NCBI GenBank assembly: GCA_964016885.1
Contig: CAXHJY010000447.1
Span: forward strand, 1 to 64,000
DNA length: 64,000 nt
Direction: 5' to 3'
Source of the DNA: Eledone cirrhosa
Taxonomy: Eukaryota
In this document: one piece after another, positions 39,201 through 55,043 of the stretch
How positions within the stretch are numbered: the stretch's first letter is position 1
Layout of the letters: each line of letters opens with the position of its first letter
Notes under the pieces: model-generated
What the model was told of the DNA's origin: nothing
What the model saw: the letters and a program-made list of their open reading frames with translations, nothing else
Databases searched by the model: none
Position numbers and translations under genes: made by a program

Positions 39201-39499
39201 AATGGCTGGGAAGAAATTGTTTGATGTTTTTCATCTTGTCTCTAACAAAGTACTAGAAAATAAAGTACTATTCTTTCCTTCTTAGCTGATTTGTCTAATA
39301 CTTGCAAAGGCAGCAATAGCACCAACATTTCTGCTAAATGTCTATATTTGCAGGATTATGTAACCTTTTATTGAAAACAAGTGGTAACAATGTATAACAC
39401 ATATACACTCATAGAAATTTCTCATTTATTTATTTACATGTCTATACCTGTATATTTATTTCATCGAGACTTGCAAATGTAGGATCAGTCAGATGGAAT

Positions 39500-39840
39500 T
39501 TGCAAATGAGATGGAACTTCTTAATTCATCAGAAGGTGATCTCTGACATGTACTTGATAGGTTTGCTGCTGACTGCTGAAAATAAGTGCTACAAAAACTG
39601 AAACACTCATCTTCTCAAAGAAGCATACAGAGTGCACTCTACATGTCATGAGAGTTCTATTGAAGCAGGTGAAGAAGTTCATACCTCTCAGAGCCATGTT
39701 CATGGGTGATGGAAGACTGGAGTAGAATTATATACAAGAATTGCAAGAGTCGGTGCAGTAATGTTCCAGCTTCAGCATTCGGCAATCAGGGAGGTAGGTG
39801 TAAAAGCCAAACTAACTATCTTCAGTTTGGTATTTGTGAC
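39500..39840 (+). mobile_element. Old RTE (Rex3/Expander-like) RT fragment
   Basis: Manual translation: VLDRFAADC..KISATKTETL..LKQVKKF..GDGRLE. Confidence 0.55.
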
Positions 39841-40029
39841 AACAAACTATGATCAAATATTAGTTTTATATGTATTTTATTGATGAATGCACATATTTTA
39901 TTATACAAAGCATATAATAAATTTATAGTAGAATAACATAACAAATATGTTTTAAATATATACATAAATAACATTACAAATGCTTAGATAACATTATAAA
40001 TTGCACGTGATTCCTTCAGAAAGATATAT

Positions 40030-41662
40030 TCTTTTAATGTTGCAATATTAAAGAAAATGTAAAGGAAGGGGTGAACAATCAAGCAAACACCAGAGCAAAA
40101 GACAGCAGCATTGCGAGGAGTACAAGGCAACTTCCCTAATGATTTTTGAGGCAAGCCAGCACACTCGCAGCATTGCCTCAGGTGATGGAAAAGCTAATGC
40201 ATTGGAACAACCAAGCGCCCTCGCGAAATTCGAAGAGAGGAATCTCGCAGTCAGCGGCTCAACTCCCCCAAATGTCTCAAAAACCACAGTATTTGAGGGT
40301 CTTACTCTGCTCGGCTGCAGAAGCTGTGGCTCTCATCCAAATCGCAGCATCCAGGATGTGGGAAGAAGTAAAAGAGTTACTAACAGTGACGTCCCAGACA
40401 ACACACCTGCCTCTCGACCAGGGGCATAAGGTAAGGCCATCAGGTTTTTGCCGTCACTTCTGGACAACCAAGATGGTTCTAAGATTGAAGGGATGTTCGC
40501 CTGGGCTAAAGCTCTCTTGAGAATGAGGTTTAGCTCTGTGTTACGTGCAAAGTGGCTGGCATTCAGGCAGCAAGAAAGACTGTGGAGGCCTGCGGACTCA
40601 AGGAGTTTGCCGCATTGGCACCTCAAACCCATGCAGATGTCAGCTCCCACTCTGAGGGCGATGGAGACACGAAGTTCATCCAGGCTGAGTAGGCCACCAA
40701 CGTTGGCCACAGGTCGGGCATCAACTCAGTCACCTGAGTATTTGGTGCTGGCAGATAGTAAGCATCACCTTGCAAACTGATCCGACTGGATGAAGAAGGA
40801 GTCGAAGGTGGCCTTCAAACTTATGCTGTCCCAAGTTCTCTGACTTCGACTGTCCTCCATCTTCTCAGGAAGAGACAAGCCCAACTCGCACCATTGCTGG
40901 AGAGCTTCACGCCACTCCCTGTTGGAACTAGTCCATGTTGGAGAGGAGAGGATGCTGCTCACCAGGGTGGAGCAAGCGTGGGTGGAGGAAAGGAAGCAGG
41001 GGAGAGAGAAGGACGAACACTTACAAAGACCAAGACCCCCAAATCACTTGGGCAACCCAGCCTGATCGTGGGACTCTGGAGAGAGTCTCACATTGACCAG
41101 GCACTCGAGTCTCTCGAAGATTAGGTTGTCGAAGCATTGGAAGCAGGACGGAAATCTGTGAGAGGGGCTGACCTTGAGCAGATAGAGAAGCTTAGGAATA
41201 GACAGGTAGTTCCTGAGTATAAAGAAACCTTGATGGGGTTCGATAACTTCAATATTCTTCAGCAGCTGCTCAAGGCCAACCATCTTCGATTGGAAGATTG
41301 ACTCAAAGGCAAGGTCTGTGATTGGTGCTCCTAAGGAGCACCAAGCTGACAGGGGAGGGACCGCGATGGAAGAGAAGGACTCTGCAAACAGGTCGATTAG
41401 CTGTTGGTGTTGAGAAGCCGGGTGGTTGAGGATCAAGAGCTCACATTTGGAGCTATTGACCTGGAGACCCCGGTGGCCAAGTTCCCTAACCATTTTGTTG
41501 GCAGTGGCGAGAACCATATCCAGAGTTCTCCCCATACAAGCATCGTCAGGGTACCAGACATTGAGGTCCAACTCAACCCCCATGTTGGTGACATCATCAA
41601 TGCCCAGTGCAAACAGAATGGGCCCGAGTGGGTCACCCTGTTGGACTCCTGAGGCAGAGGTG
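40030..41662 (-). mobile_element. 5'-truncated CRE-like non-LTR retrotransposon (RT, CCHC finger, REL endonuclease), decayed
   Basis: SGVQQGDPLGP, VWYPDD, GLQVNSSKCE, LRVG..CQCG..GLHSLSC, PDGL..PWSRG..VWDVT, FETFG. Confidence 0.8.
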
Positions 41663-42649
41663 ATGAATTGTGGAAATGTTCAGAATACTAACCGTTCAAT
41701 GCATGAATTCAATATAGTTGTATATATATTCTTCTATTTATTATTATTTTTGAAGTGGATCATATATTTTATTCAATTAATCCATTTAAATACAGTTGGA
41801 ATTAAAGATGATGGTAGTGATGACACTATTTTATTTAAAGGTAAAGGATATGTGTTTATTTCTAATATGAAAATAGAAGAGAATTCTTACAAATTATGTT
41901 AGTATCATTGCATTGCATTTTCTCACATGGAATAGCAAACCACAGCACTAATATATGCATCAATCGATATCACCTTCCCAAAGAAGTCAAGGAGTTGGCA
42001 TCAGACTGAAACACACTCCAACTCAAAATCTTGTGTGCAATTTCCTCCCTTGATAATGCTTGTAGTCATCTTGACATGGTTACGAGAGACACTCACACCA
42101 TCGAACATGCAGTGATTGGTAAGAAAGAGCTCTCAATAAAACCAAATGTCTTTTCATTGAACATTACTGTCAAACAACAGTCTTTCTTTCAAGCCTTCAT
42201 GTTATTCAGTTAAATTTCTACAGATTGTTAACCATGAAATGGTATTGATACACTCATACAGACACACACTCATATATACATACATACAAAATTGTGCAAT
42301 GTAAAACATTCCAAATATTCTGCATGTACACATGTACAGATACAAAACATATGCATATGCACATATAACTCAAAACATCTACATCCAAATATACAATAAC
42401 ATCCTTACCTGCACACATGCAGACATTCTGACATATCTACCTAGTTGATGTTGTCTAAATTCCAATGAAAGAGTCTTGTGTCTATGTTAGAAACTGACTA
42501 TCTCTCTATTAATAAAAATTTATAAAATCATAAAACAAGAAGAACATACATACAGATATGTATATATAAATTACACATTGTTACTATTGGTTCCATATAT
42601 GTGTAGTATCTCAGACAATTTTCAGATGATATAGAATTAATACCTAATC

Positions 42650-43800
42650 ATCATCATCTTTGCAACCACAGTCAAACATTCCTGACAAAGTCTCTCCACA
42701 ATTCACAATTTCCCATTGCTACTGGCAAGTGCTCCTTACTGAAGATTGCTCTACTGTGTCTCATGTGAGTTGATTCCCACGATTGTGACTTGTGTATAAT
42801 TTCCTGCTTACTTCTTCAGCAATGTCCTGTAAATTGTAACCATCTTTGAGCCATTGTAGTTGTTATCTTGGGCACATTTCCATATAAATTTTAATTTGCA
42901 ATATGTTGTCACCATTTCATGTTTGTACAGCCCTAAGCTCAGGAACTTCTTCATAAAGTTGGATAATCTGCCAGGCAAATTACTCTACACATAAATGTTA
43001 CCAAGACAGAATACATTTCACTAAATCAAGAAGATGGAAATCTTGGCACACTAGATGGTGGAATACAGTGATGCATCTTTCTATGATGTGGATGCAGAAA
43101 TTCTGGACCTTGATGACATGGCCAAAGTATTGTAGCTTTCACTTCCTTATGGTCACAGCCACCTGCCTCTCTGTTCCCATCTACTCAAGGACTAGCTTGT
43201 CATTTTTGTGGTCCATCCAGCTGATATATTTTCTTGCCTGTAACATGCTCTCTCAAATAACATCAGTTTCTTAATATTAGTGGTTTTCAGTGTCCAGGTG
43301 TGTAGCCATACAGTGCTGTCAGCCACATTAGTGTCTCCAGAAGATTCAGCTTAAAGCTCTTGTAAAGAATGTGATCTTTCCAAAAGGTGTTGAAGGACCT
43401 AAATGCAGATGTTGCTTTCCCTTGTCAAGTTTGATTTTATGACTCCCATTTGCTGTTTAATCTATGATGGATTCCCAGTACTTGAGTTTTTCACCAACAG
43501 CTAATCGACCTGTTTGCAGAGTCCTTCTCTTCCATCGCGATCCCTCCTCCATTGGCTAGGTGCTCCTTAGGAGCACCAATCACAGACCTTGCCTTTGAGT
43601 CAATCTTCCAATCGAAGATGGTTGGCCTTGAGCAGCTGCTGAAGAATATTGAAGTTACTATATGACATTGAATGCCTAACTGCACTGGTCTCTTTTTTGA
43701 TGCCATAACTCTCGTCTTCCTGCTGTTGATTTCAAGCTGATACTCACCAGAGACCCTTTCTACCTCGTCAAGCTGTTAGGAAGAACAACATTTTGTCACA
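42650..43800 (-). mobile_element. Mosaic of old RTE RT fragments
   Basis: Minus strand LEINSRKTRVM, KYWESII, LYGY..TW, KLQYFGHV, LQFTGHC. Confidence 0.6.
43492..43657 (+). repeat. 166-bp inverted copy of CRE internal segment 41244-41409 inserted in an RTE relic
   Basis: Direct reverse-complement match with about 7 mismatches. Confidence 0.9.
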
Positions 43801-44249
43801 TATTGTTATCTTCCTCCATGTTTTAATACTTATCATTTTCTGCTTATTTCCATAGATAGATAACCATTAAAATATACCAAACAAATATACATTAAAGTAT
43901 ATTTATAATACTTTATCAATGAGAATGAAAATGGAAGAATAAATAAGATGGTGATTGTGGTGTGTAAGTTGTCTTATAGATATTGGCTGGTGATTATAAA
44001 GAATAAGAATATGAGATATGTGGGTTCTGCTTTTATAATTCAACTTGGCAATGTCATAAGAAGAAAGACCTGTTGTTCTGCAGCAAGCTGGCAGTTTTGT
44101 CCTAGCATGATGCTATTTTACATCACAAAGTCCTTAATACAATCAATCTATATATTCCTAGTTTTCTTTTTGGCCTTTTAGCCAAATAAGTTTGTGATAT
44201 ACACACGATGGACTAGTTGTTAGGTTGGCATTCTCTTGATGTGTCTGGA

Positions 44250-44870
44250 CAACTGTACTCATGGCTGTTCTATGTGATGATGTACTGGTGCTCTCCCCAC
44301 CATCTTTCTGATTTCATCAACGCTATTTATATCTTGTCTAGTATTTTGAATTGAAAATATCTTGCTTAGGATGTGGTTGTGCCTAGTAACTATCTTTTGC
44401 TCTGCATGGGATGGTGTAAGTGCTTTTTATGTTTTATATCCTTTTTTTACCATAGCTAGAGTACCAACAATTATCAGTACCACTTTTCCTTTGATATAAC
44501 TAATTTGGAAACCATTTTAATTTGTTGTTTAGAATTATTTTACTGTGATTATTAGGTCTTAAGGGATCAAGATATGTATAAGGATACATAAATTATTTTC
44601 GTTCTTACTAATAATTATATCTTGACAATTTTCCTTCATCTTTTGTCAATATGGATAAGGTATATCTGAAATCAAAGTTTGTTTCCTGTTGACTCCATAA
44701 CTAAGTTTTTACATTAGTTTTGGCATATTGCTTATTGTACATAACTGCCAACTCTTTGTGTTTGTGTGGTATGTAATATATATTCTGACACTGTAAGGTT
44801 TAGATAGCCAGAAATGATGTGGTGAATTCTTGACTGTGCTGATTGCATAGCCAGCAGTTAAAGTTGTTAT
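44250..44870 (-). mobile_element. Old R4/Dong-like LINE C-terminal fragment
   Basis: Minus strand CWLC..IHHIISG, NCQDIII, VVLIIVGTL. Confidence 0.5.
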
Positions 44871-47800
44871 TTTGTTTAGCCCTTGGTAAACTCTTTTTAA
44901 ACAGACTCATGATCAAAACCATTCCAGCTGTGATTGTACCATCTTTTTAGGAGCATGTCTATGACTACATTATCTAATTTGTTCTTTCCTCATTCAAGGC
45001 TTTATGCTATAGCTTGAGGAAAATTAAGCTGCTATTTCTAACAAGTCGAGCAGTCACATAGGAGCTCCCAAGTTGACGTGTATTTTACTTTTTATTTTTT
45101 ATTGTTTACTTATACATATATTTATATATATATATATATTTTTTTTTGTAGATTGATCTTAGACCTTCTTTTCTTCTATTGGTCTATGCTGACTTACGTT
45201 CTTTATATCAAGGCCTATAAAGATGATTTTTCTCTTAAATAATATTGTTGTCAATAGTTGGTAGCTTTACAAAATTTTGCCAAACTCAAGGAAGAAAGCA
45301 AAATTGAAATAAGTATGAAATTAATAAATTATTTATAAATGTTAGAATGACTGGATTAGTGTTTAAAAGGCTTGATAAAATAATTGTAAGTGAAGTAAAG
45401 AATTAATTCATTGTTCTTTGTCTCTGCTTGAGAATTTCTATATTCTTGAATAGTGACAAAGTTGAATTATATTGTCATAAATTTTATCTCATCGTACATT
45501 TATATATCAAAATCAGGTCTATGGAAAGTTGTCAGTTTGGTTGGGTGGTGTTGGCTTTATGTAGAATACTGGCACTGTAAATTTTTTTTGGGGGGTGGGG
45601 TGGGGTGGGGGGGTATTTTGTATAAAATACTGGTAAGCTTGGTGATGAAGCCGGTATATGGCCAATTAAACTGCTAAAAATAGCAGCTAAATATCCCTCA
45701 AATTGCACTTTACAATCTTAAAAATAGATACATAGAGAGAATGTATTGCAAGATATATGGAAAAGGATATTCACAGCCTTTGGTCATAGATCTGCTTAAT
45801 TACAGTAGAAGTTTCAAAAATATTTAGAAATAATATTTTGCCACAAATATGACAGTCATGTAGTTTGTCTCCTGTGTGAATGCAATTAAGAGTAATTAAG
45901 GAAATTTCTTTAGAGAATAATTTATCACAAACCTCAAAGTGATACGTTTGTCATGTTCTATTATTGTGTAGGTTGTGATGCATTACATTATCTTAGCATA
46001 ATCTATATTTATATTACATGTGTGGTTAAAGATATTCTGTTACTTCTGTTAAACTGTCTCCCATGCTATTCATTTTGACTAAGACACAAGATTGCTTTTC
46101 CACTATCTTTGGTAAGCTGATTTTATGACATTATGTGATGGGTAAAGTTTGGTAGTAAAGAAAGCCTTTATAAACTTTTACGTATTTGGCTCCAATCAAT
46201 TTCTGGCTAACTTGTTTGTTTGTGCTGTTATTTTGACTTAGTTATGCAGAGAGATTGTCCATCATTGTGTGCTCCCACTTGGTTAAGCAGCATTGTCAAA
46301 TTGCTTTCATGTTTATTTTGTAATTCCAAAGATTCTGTGAATTACATTGCTAGATGAAAACTCAGGAAATTGATAGGTATAAAATATTCATAAAAGTTTA
46401 ATCAATACCCAAGTAAACTGGAAATGCTAAAACCTTTCCCTTATAAAACTGTTTACCAAACTTATCAATCCAATTCAACAAATCTTATTCATCAAATGTT
46501 GTACTCTAATTGAACACAAATGCTATAAAGTTATGATGATATCAGTATAGTTCTAAATCAGCCTTGATAAAGCAGATCTTTGATTAAAAGTGTTCCATTT
46601 CTAGCCATCCCATTTTAAATTTTAACCACAGTTTCCTTCATTTCTTTTTATGGTGGTTGGATGAAGTTTGAGAGTAATACTAGGAAAATGCTAATCAAAA
46701 TTTAAAAGCACTTTTCTTCACTTTATATCCTTTAGTATGACCAAAAATTCAAAAGTGAAACTTTACAAGTGGCTATTTGAATATGTTGGTAGGAAATAAA
46801 ATATTGATAGACTTTTAAACCTCCACCTACAGTTGGTACTCATTTTTAGCTGAGTATACTGGAGTAATGTGAAATAAAGTGATTTGCTCAAGATCACAAT
46901 CCAGTCCTGGAATCGAACCCACAACATTATGTTTACAAGTCTAACACCTTTACTATTAGGCTACGTGCCTCGACAAAACAAGGAAAATTTAATAGAAAAT
47001 AAATAACTTTGTAGACTTAGCATCTTTTGGAAATAACGTTTGAAGGATATCGTCAGCTATTTGTTGCTAACTATCATTTTATCTGTGGTGAAGTTCCAAT
47101 TTGTCCATGGTAGCAGGTAGGCCATGGCAGGATTTTAATTCTGAATACAAAGAATCTGAAAACATAATGTAATATATCCCATTTGACATTGTAATGATTC
47201 TGTTCAATTAATGGATTCAGTTCCACTGTGTGGTATTTGGGGAAAGTGTCTTTCAATATAGGTTTAGATTGGTCAAGGCTGTTTGAATGAAATTTAGTAG
47301 ATGGAAGCTGTCTATCAAGTTATGTGTGTATGAATCCATCTGTATTTATGTTTAATGTATGTTTATGTCTTCTAATTTAGTAGTTTGGCCAATAGAGATC
47401 AATATAATTTATACAAGACATTAAAAAATGAGTACTTTAATCACTATATGATTAGTGAATTTCCTTCAAGGCAGTATCCCTACATGACCACAATCAAATG
47501 ACTGAAACAAGTAAAAGGAAAAAAAAATAATACTGATGCTCACACATTTATAAATAGCAACAAACCTGAAATGGCTTTTTATGAATTCTAAATGGATATT
47601 TATCTTATTTATTTCATTATTGCATTTATTTAAATAATTACTATCATAGTATTTCAGTTAACACATCTTTAATGTATGTGTTACTAGGTGTATGAGAGCA
47701 CAAGAAAATGATCAGCTCTTTACAAGTTATTGCAAGTTGTGGTTTGTTTTTCTTTCCGATTTGAATCAATTTAGCATTCTAATTTATCACTAATGTCTTT

Positions 47801-50800
47801 GTAAATATATGAAGATCAAATAATCTTATCAGAGCTTGTGAGAGAAATATGAGAGTGTGTAGGAGACACAGCATTGATGAATATATCTCAATTGATTTCA
47901 ACAACTAAACAATTTAGTTTCTTGTCTAATTTAATTATTGTCATCTTGATTAGTGTTTACTTTATAATTTATTAAAATCTCCTTCCTTATTCTTCATCAA
48001 TATGTTGTTTCAGTCACATTTTTTTGTTTAAATATATCATTTCTGTGATGTAAAGAAAGATAAATATATATGCACTTCACTTAAGTATGTATGTTCGAGT
48101 GTTTGTGCATAATTATGTGTGAGTGTTTGAATGTAACTGAGTGTATCAAATATTGGTAGCTGACATGACATTCAACATTAGTGGATATAGGCATGACCCA
48201 GTGGTTATCAATTTTGCTTTGCAATCAAAAGGTCCCAGGTTCGATTCTATTGTGTGACATATTGGGCAAGTGTCTTTTACTATAACTTCAGATTGATTCA
48301 AGTATTGGGAGTGAAATTACATAGCTAGAAACTGCACAGAAGCTCATAGGATGAATTGTATCTATAATGCAAAGGTTAAATATGTCACTCTGATTGAGAC
48401 TGAAAAGTAAATTAAGGGGACACATGACTGTGAAACACTCAACCGTTTACACATTAATTCAACAAAAAGATATTCCATTGAAAGATATTCCATTGAAAGA
48501 TATTCCTCATTGAAACTGATGAAGAATCAATCATCATTAGTCATTTCACTTATTTATGAACATATAGAAATTATTATTATCATATTTGAAATCTAAGTTA
48601 AATATAATGAATGAGATGTTTCGAAATTTCATGTGAGGTTCCTGAATAACTTTTTATAACAAATTTCCTATACATTATTTATGGTTGCAGCATGGCTAAA
48701 TTGTTAAGAAGTTCTCTTTATAATCAGGAGTTACTGAATTTAGTTACTGTATGGTATTTTGAGTAAGTGTCTTTTCCCTAAACCAATGAAATTGGATAGA
48801 CAGAAAATGTTTGAAAGCCTGTTGGATGGGCTCTACTTATAAATTCAAAACACTAGCCATGTCACACACTATTTCACACTGAATGTCTCTGAGAATGACA
48901 TGCACATATCTGTGAAATATTCAGCCACTTATATAGTAATTTAACAGGTAGGCTGTTCTATTAACTGGGAAGCTACAACATTCAGTGTCAACACTGAGGG
49001 AAGTCCATATATATATATTTTGCTATACATTAAAATAATTCCGGTTGTTATCATTTGAAATGTTACCAGGTGCTCACTGTACTCTACTAGCTGCATATTA
49101 CAGGCAATTGACAGTCAACATAAGCATTCTATTGGTGTATTGGAGTAGCGTATGAGCAACACTTACCTAGGAGTGCTTCTAAGTGACAGCATGGGAGTCT
49201 GATTAGTTTCTCGTGATCTCACTTTTTGACTCGTGTGTGTAATAGTGAAAACTTTCATGTACTGCATATGTTTTTGTTTGTAATAATTTTTATGACATAC
49301 CAAGCATCATCTATTGACACATTTGATAATGTAGTGTTTGATATATTCCACATAAACAGATGGAATGATGGTCACAACTGGAATGCTTTTCATCTTAGGT
49401 CTTCTTGTTCAGAGATGACCTGGACCTAAAAGTTAACAACTGAAATATTCTATGGTATAAATGTCCCCATTTTTGTGTATTCATGGGGACATTGCCAATA
49501 ATGTTCACAAACATCATGTATTGCAGATATTTTTAACAAGGTTGACCAGCACAAGGAAATCAACATACATCGGATGATAAATAAAAATGATGTTGATGGT
49601 GCTGTTATCCTAATATAGCTAACTATAGCTAATCAGCCCTCAGGTATTGCAGACATTGATGCAAACATTATATCAAAAGTATTCCAGACATGACTATGCA
49701 GTCTTTATTTATACCAGGAGCTAAATTGTCTAATATATTCTTCTATATTTAAGATGATAGAATTTGATGTGGCTGGTATTTATAGCAAGCAATTAAACCC
49801 TATAGTAACTTCCTTGTTGATAATGGTGATAATAAGAATGATATAAATATATTCCGTGTATAAACATGCATATACTCATTCAGGCTTGATCAAAATTCAT
49901 ATAAGTAAAGTTATTGAACCAAGTAAGTTAAGATTACTCATGGTTTCTTCTCAGATTGTATGTATGTGTGTGTATATGTGTGTATGTGTGTGTACATATG
50001 TGTGTATGAATGAATGTATAGTTGTATGTGTGTATGTATGTACATATGCATGTACATTCAACAGTATGATACAACCTGATCATTCTAATCAACATCAAAT
50101 TATTCACAGAACCCATGTGAGAACAGAGTTTACAATTTAGAAGTTGCTTTTCTTCTCACAGATATATCACTCCACTTTTCACTGTAGCTAACGAACCCTA
50201 TCCATCTCTCTCCAGAATAGATGCTTTGATAAAGACTAAAGATTTCATGTAGTTTTACAAGCTTGATTATTTAACAATGCAGGTATTTCTATGTTCCTGC
50301 ATACTATTGCTATATAGACCCCATGCTGTGTTCATTTGTCCAGTAGGCTGTCTTGCTTTTGCCTTGCTAGATTTCTAGTAGCCATCCCCTTTTGTGTACT
50401 TAGTGATGGTACTGGATTGCATGCTACTCAAGGTAACCTCAATAAAAAAAATTGATTACATCCAATGCATACTACTCGAATAGTAAACAAACTTCCACTC
50501 ATATTAGCATGTCAGTGTCTGGGTATCCACAGAATCTTTTACTCTTCACATAATTCAAAGTAATATTCATCATGACACATAGTGTGATAAGGTTAACACT
50601 GAATTAAAAGTACAGTCTATCCAAACAGTTCCAGTCTTCCCACTTCCTTTTCAAGTCTTAGTTTAATCCATGTAAGAAAATACTTCACAAAGATACATCA
50701 AGTGAGATCAAACCAGCAACCTCATGGTTGTGATATAAACTTCTCAATCATTCAGTCATGCTGACTCCATTGCTCCTATTTTGGGTTTAAATGTAACACA

Positions 50801-52636
50801 TTAACATAAAGCAAACTTTTTATCTTAGTGAAAATAACAATTATATGTAAAGACATTTTAACTTTTGCTAAACTATCCCTGATCTAGTTTTCTTTGAACA
50901 TTTGAACATCACTGACTTTCAAGAAAACTCTGCAAAAAGCAATTTAAAATGGCAAATTAATGTAAATTAATGATGTTGTTTAATGATAGCTTCTTTTATC
51001 TTTCTAGTTTGTGTTTCTCAAATATTAATGTGCCTACTGAAAATATTATTATGTAAAAGAAAATGCTAGAAAATATACATTATTTGAGAATCAATAGAAA
51101 AAATAGGATTGGTTGCTATATTCAAAACAATTTTCTTTGATTTTGTATGACAAAAGCAAAAGAAATATATGTACACACCCAACGCCATACACTGACAGGT
51201 GCAAGCATGACGATGTGGTTAAGAAGTTCACATCACAACTACATTACTTCTGTTTCAATCCAACTAACATGAACCTTGGTCAAGTGTCTTTTGCTATAGC
51301 TTTGGGCCAACAAATGACTTATGAGTGTAATTAGTAGATAGAAAGTACACAGATGCCTGCCATATATATATATATATAAGTCTGTGTGTGTGTGTGTATT
51401 TCTCTCCATGTTTGTTTTACCTTCTATTGGAGCATGTAGAAACTAACAGAAAAGAAAAAGAACGGTGTAAAGCATTAAAACTTGCATAGCAATAGCCACT
51501 TCATAATCGTGGGCACCTGGTCCACTTTTTGTTTCTGATCTAACCTGGGCCAGTGGTTGCTCTTTATCTTCAGTTTCTTTTACTTTTCAACCCCAACTCT
51601 TTATTTGAACTTTACACCTTGCTTTAATTTCTTATTTGGAACCCTGGCTCTTTCTATCACCCTACACTGATTCTAGGCTTCATCTTTCCTCTTTGTCCAC
51701 CTCACATCTGTAAATTATGAACTACTAGTTCCTCCTTCCCCACCACTCTTTCAACTCCTTCAATTTCTTTCATACTCATATACCTTTGGCACAGATAGCA
51801 ATACCACATTTTAGTCTTATCCCCCTTCTCACTCTACTTCTATCTACCATCTATCTATCTATCTATTTTTCTTTCTCTCAGACTAAAGCAATATCTAAAA
51901 CTTTAGAATCTACACTTTTCACAGCAAAAACATTTACTGAGCTTCCTCATAAATATACACTGGTTGCACTGTCAAAATTAGTTTAGGTTAACATTGTTAA
52001 TGTTTTGTTTAACATGGAAAGACAACAATTCCATGGAAAGTACTCAATTCATAAAATAGAGAAGATATATATTTATTTATTGAATTCATTATGAATTCTT
52101 AAAGAAAACAGAACTTATGCTATGCAACTCATTAATTAAATGAAATAAAAGTATTTAGACAAAAAATCCAAATTAAAAATAGAAAAAATATACACAACAT
52201 ATAAACAAGCAAAGTAGTGTAAAATAATCATAAATACTACAGCAGAGAAAACAAGTATTAATAAGACGAAAAGTAGGGCGCTTTTTTTTAATGAACAGAA
52301 TAAATAGACTTATTAGAATAGTTATAAAAGGATTTTGAATACAGGATAAATATACAAATTTGAGAAGTCAATTTTTTCAGAAAAATGTATCAAACTCATG
52401 AGAAATATAAAGGAAAAGAATAATTTGGTGTTTTGTAAGTGTGTTTAGATATGACCATATCAGAAAAGATTAAATTTGATGATAAGTGTATCAAGTTGAT
52501 TGGCAACAATGGTATAGAAATAGAAAGGTGAATGTGAAAGATTTTATTTATCCTAAATTCAATATATCTTGTGTTTTGTATATATACTCGGATAATGATA
52601 TATATATATATATGTATATATAAATATATGTATATA

Positions 52637-52711
<75 letters not shown>

Positions 52712-52910
52712 CTATCTAAGGCGGGTAAAATTCCTGAGATCCATGGACGAGTTCTCTCCAGCGGTCTCTGTCCCTCATTATCGCTGCCATATCCTGCATC
52801 TCCAACAGACCAGTGTCTGTCCTTAGGGCATCAACATATGTTAACCTTGGTCTTCCTTTTCTAGTGTGTCCATGTAGGGGCACCAAAAGGAGAACTGAGT
52901 GCAATGTCAT
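52712..52910 (-). mobile_element. RTE 3' terminal fragment, same family as 58515-59175
   Basis: [26 protein letters not shown]. Confidence 0.85.
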
Positions 52911-53105
52911 ATATACATATATACATATATATGTATATATATGTATATATGTATATATATATATGTATATATATGTATATATGTATATATATATATATAT
53001 ATGTATATATATGTATATATGTATATATATGTATATATGTATATATATATATATATGTATATATATGTATATATGTATATATATGTATATATGTATATAT
53101 ATGTA

Positions 53106-53389
<284 letters not shown>

Positions 53390-53419
53390 TGTATATATAT
53401 TTATATATATATATATATT

Positions 53420-53514
<95 letters not shown>

Positions 53515-53626
53515 TTATTAAAATAACAGATTAAAGTTTAAGCAAAGAATCGCTGATTTCACCCTTAACGGGATCTTCTGAAATTGACAAAGTCAATCTG
53601 TAAACGCGTTTACAGATTTACTTTCT

Positions 53627-54671
<1,045 letters not shown>

Positions 54672-54672
54672 G

Positions 54673-54771
<99 letters not shown>

Positions 54772-54792
54772 TTATATATATATACTTATATA

Positions 54793-55027
<235 letters not shown>

Positions 55028-55043
55028 ATATATGTATATATAT

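Noticed and set aside
48467-48515. Short direct repeats (aaagatattccattg x3) as CRISPR-like array
   Set aside because: Simple slippage duplication without spacers in eukaryotic DNA
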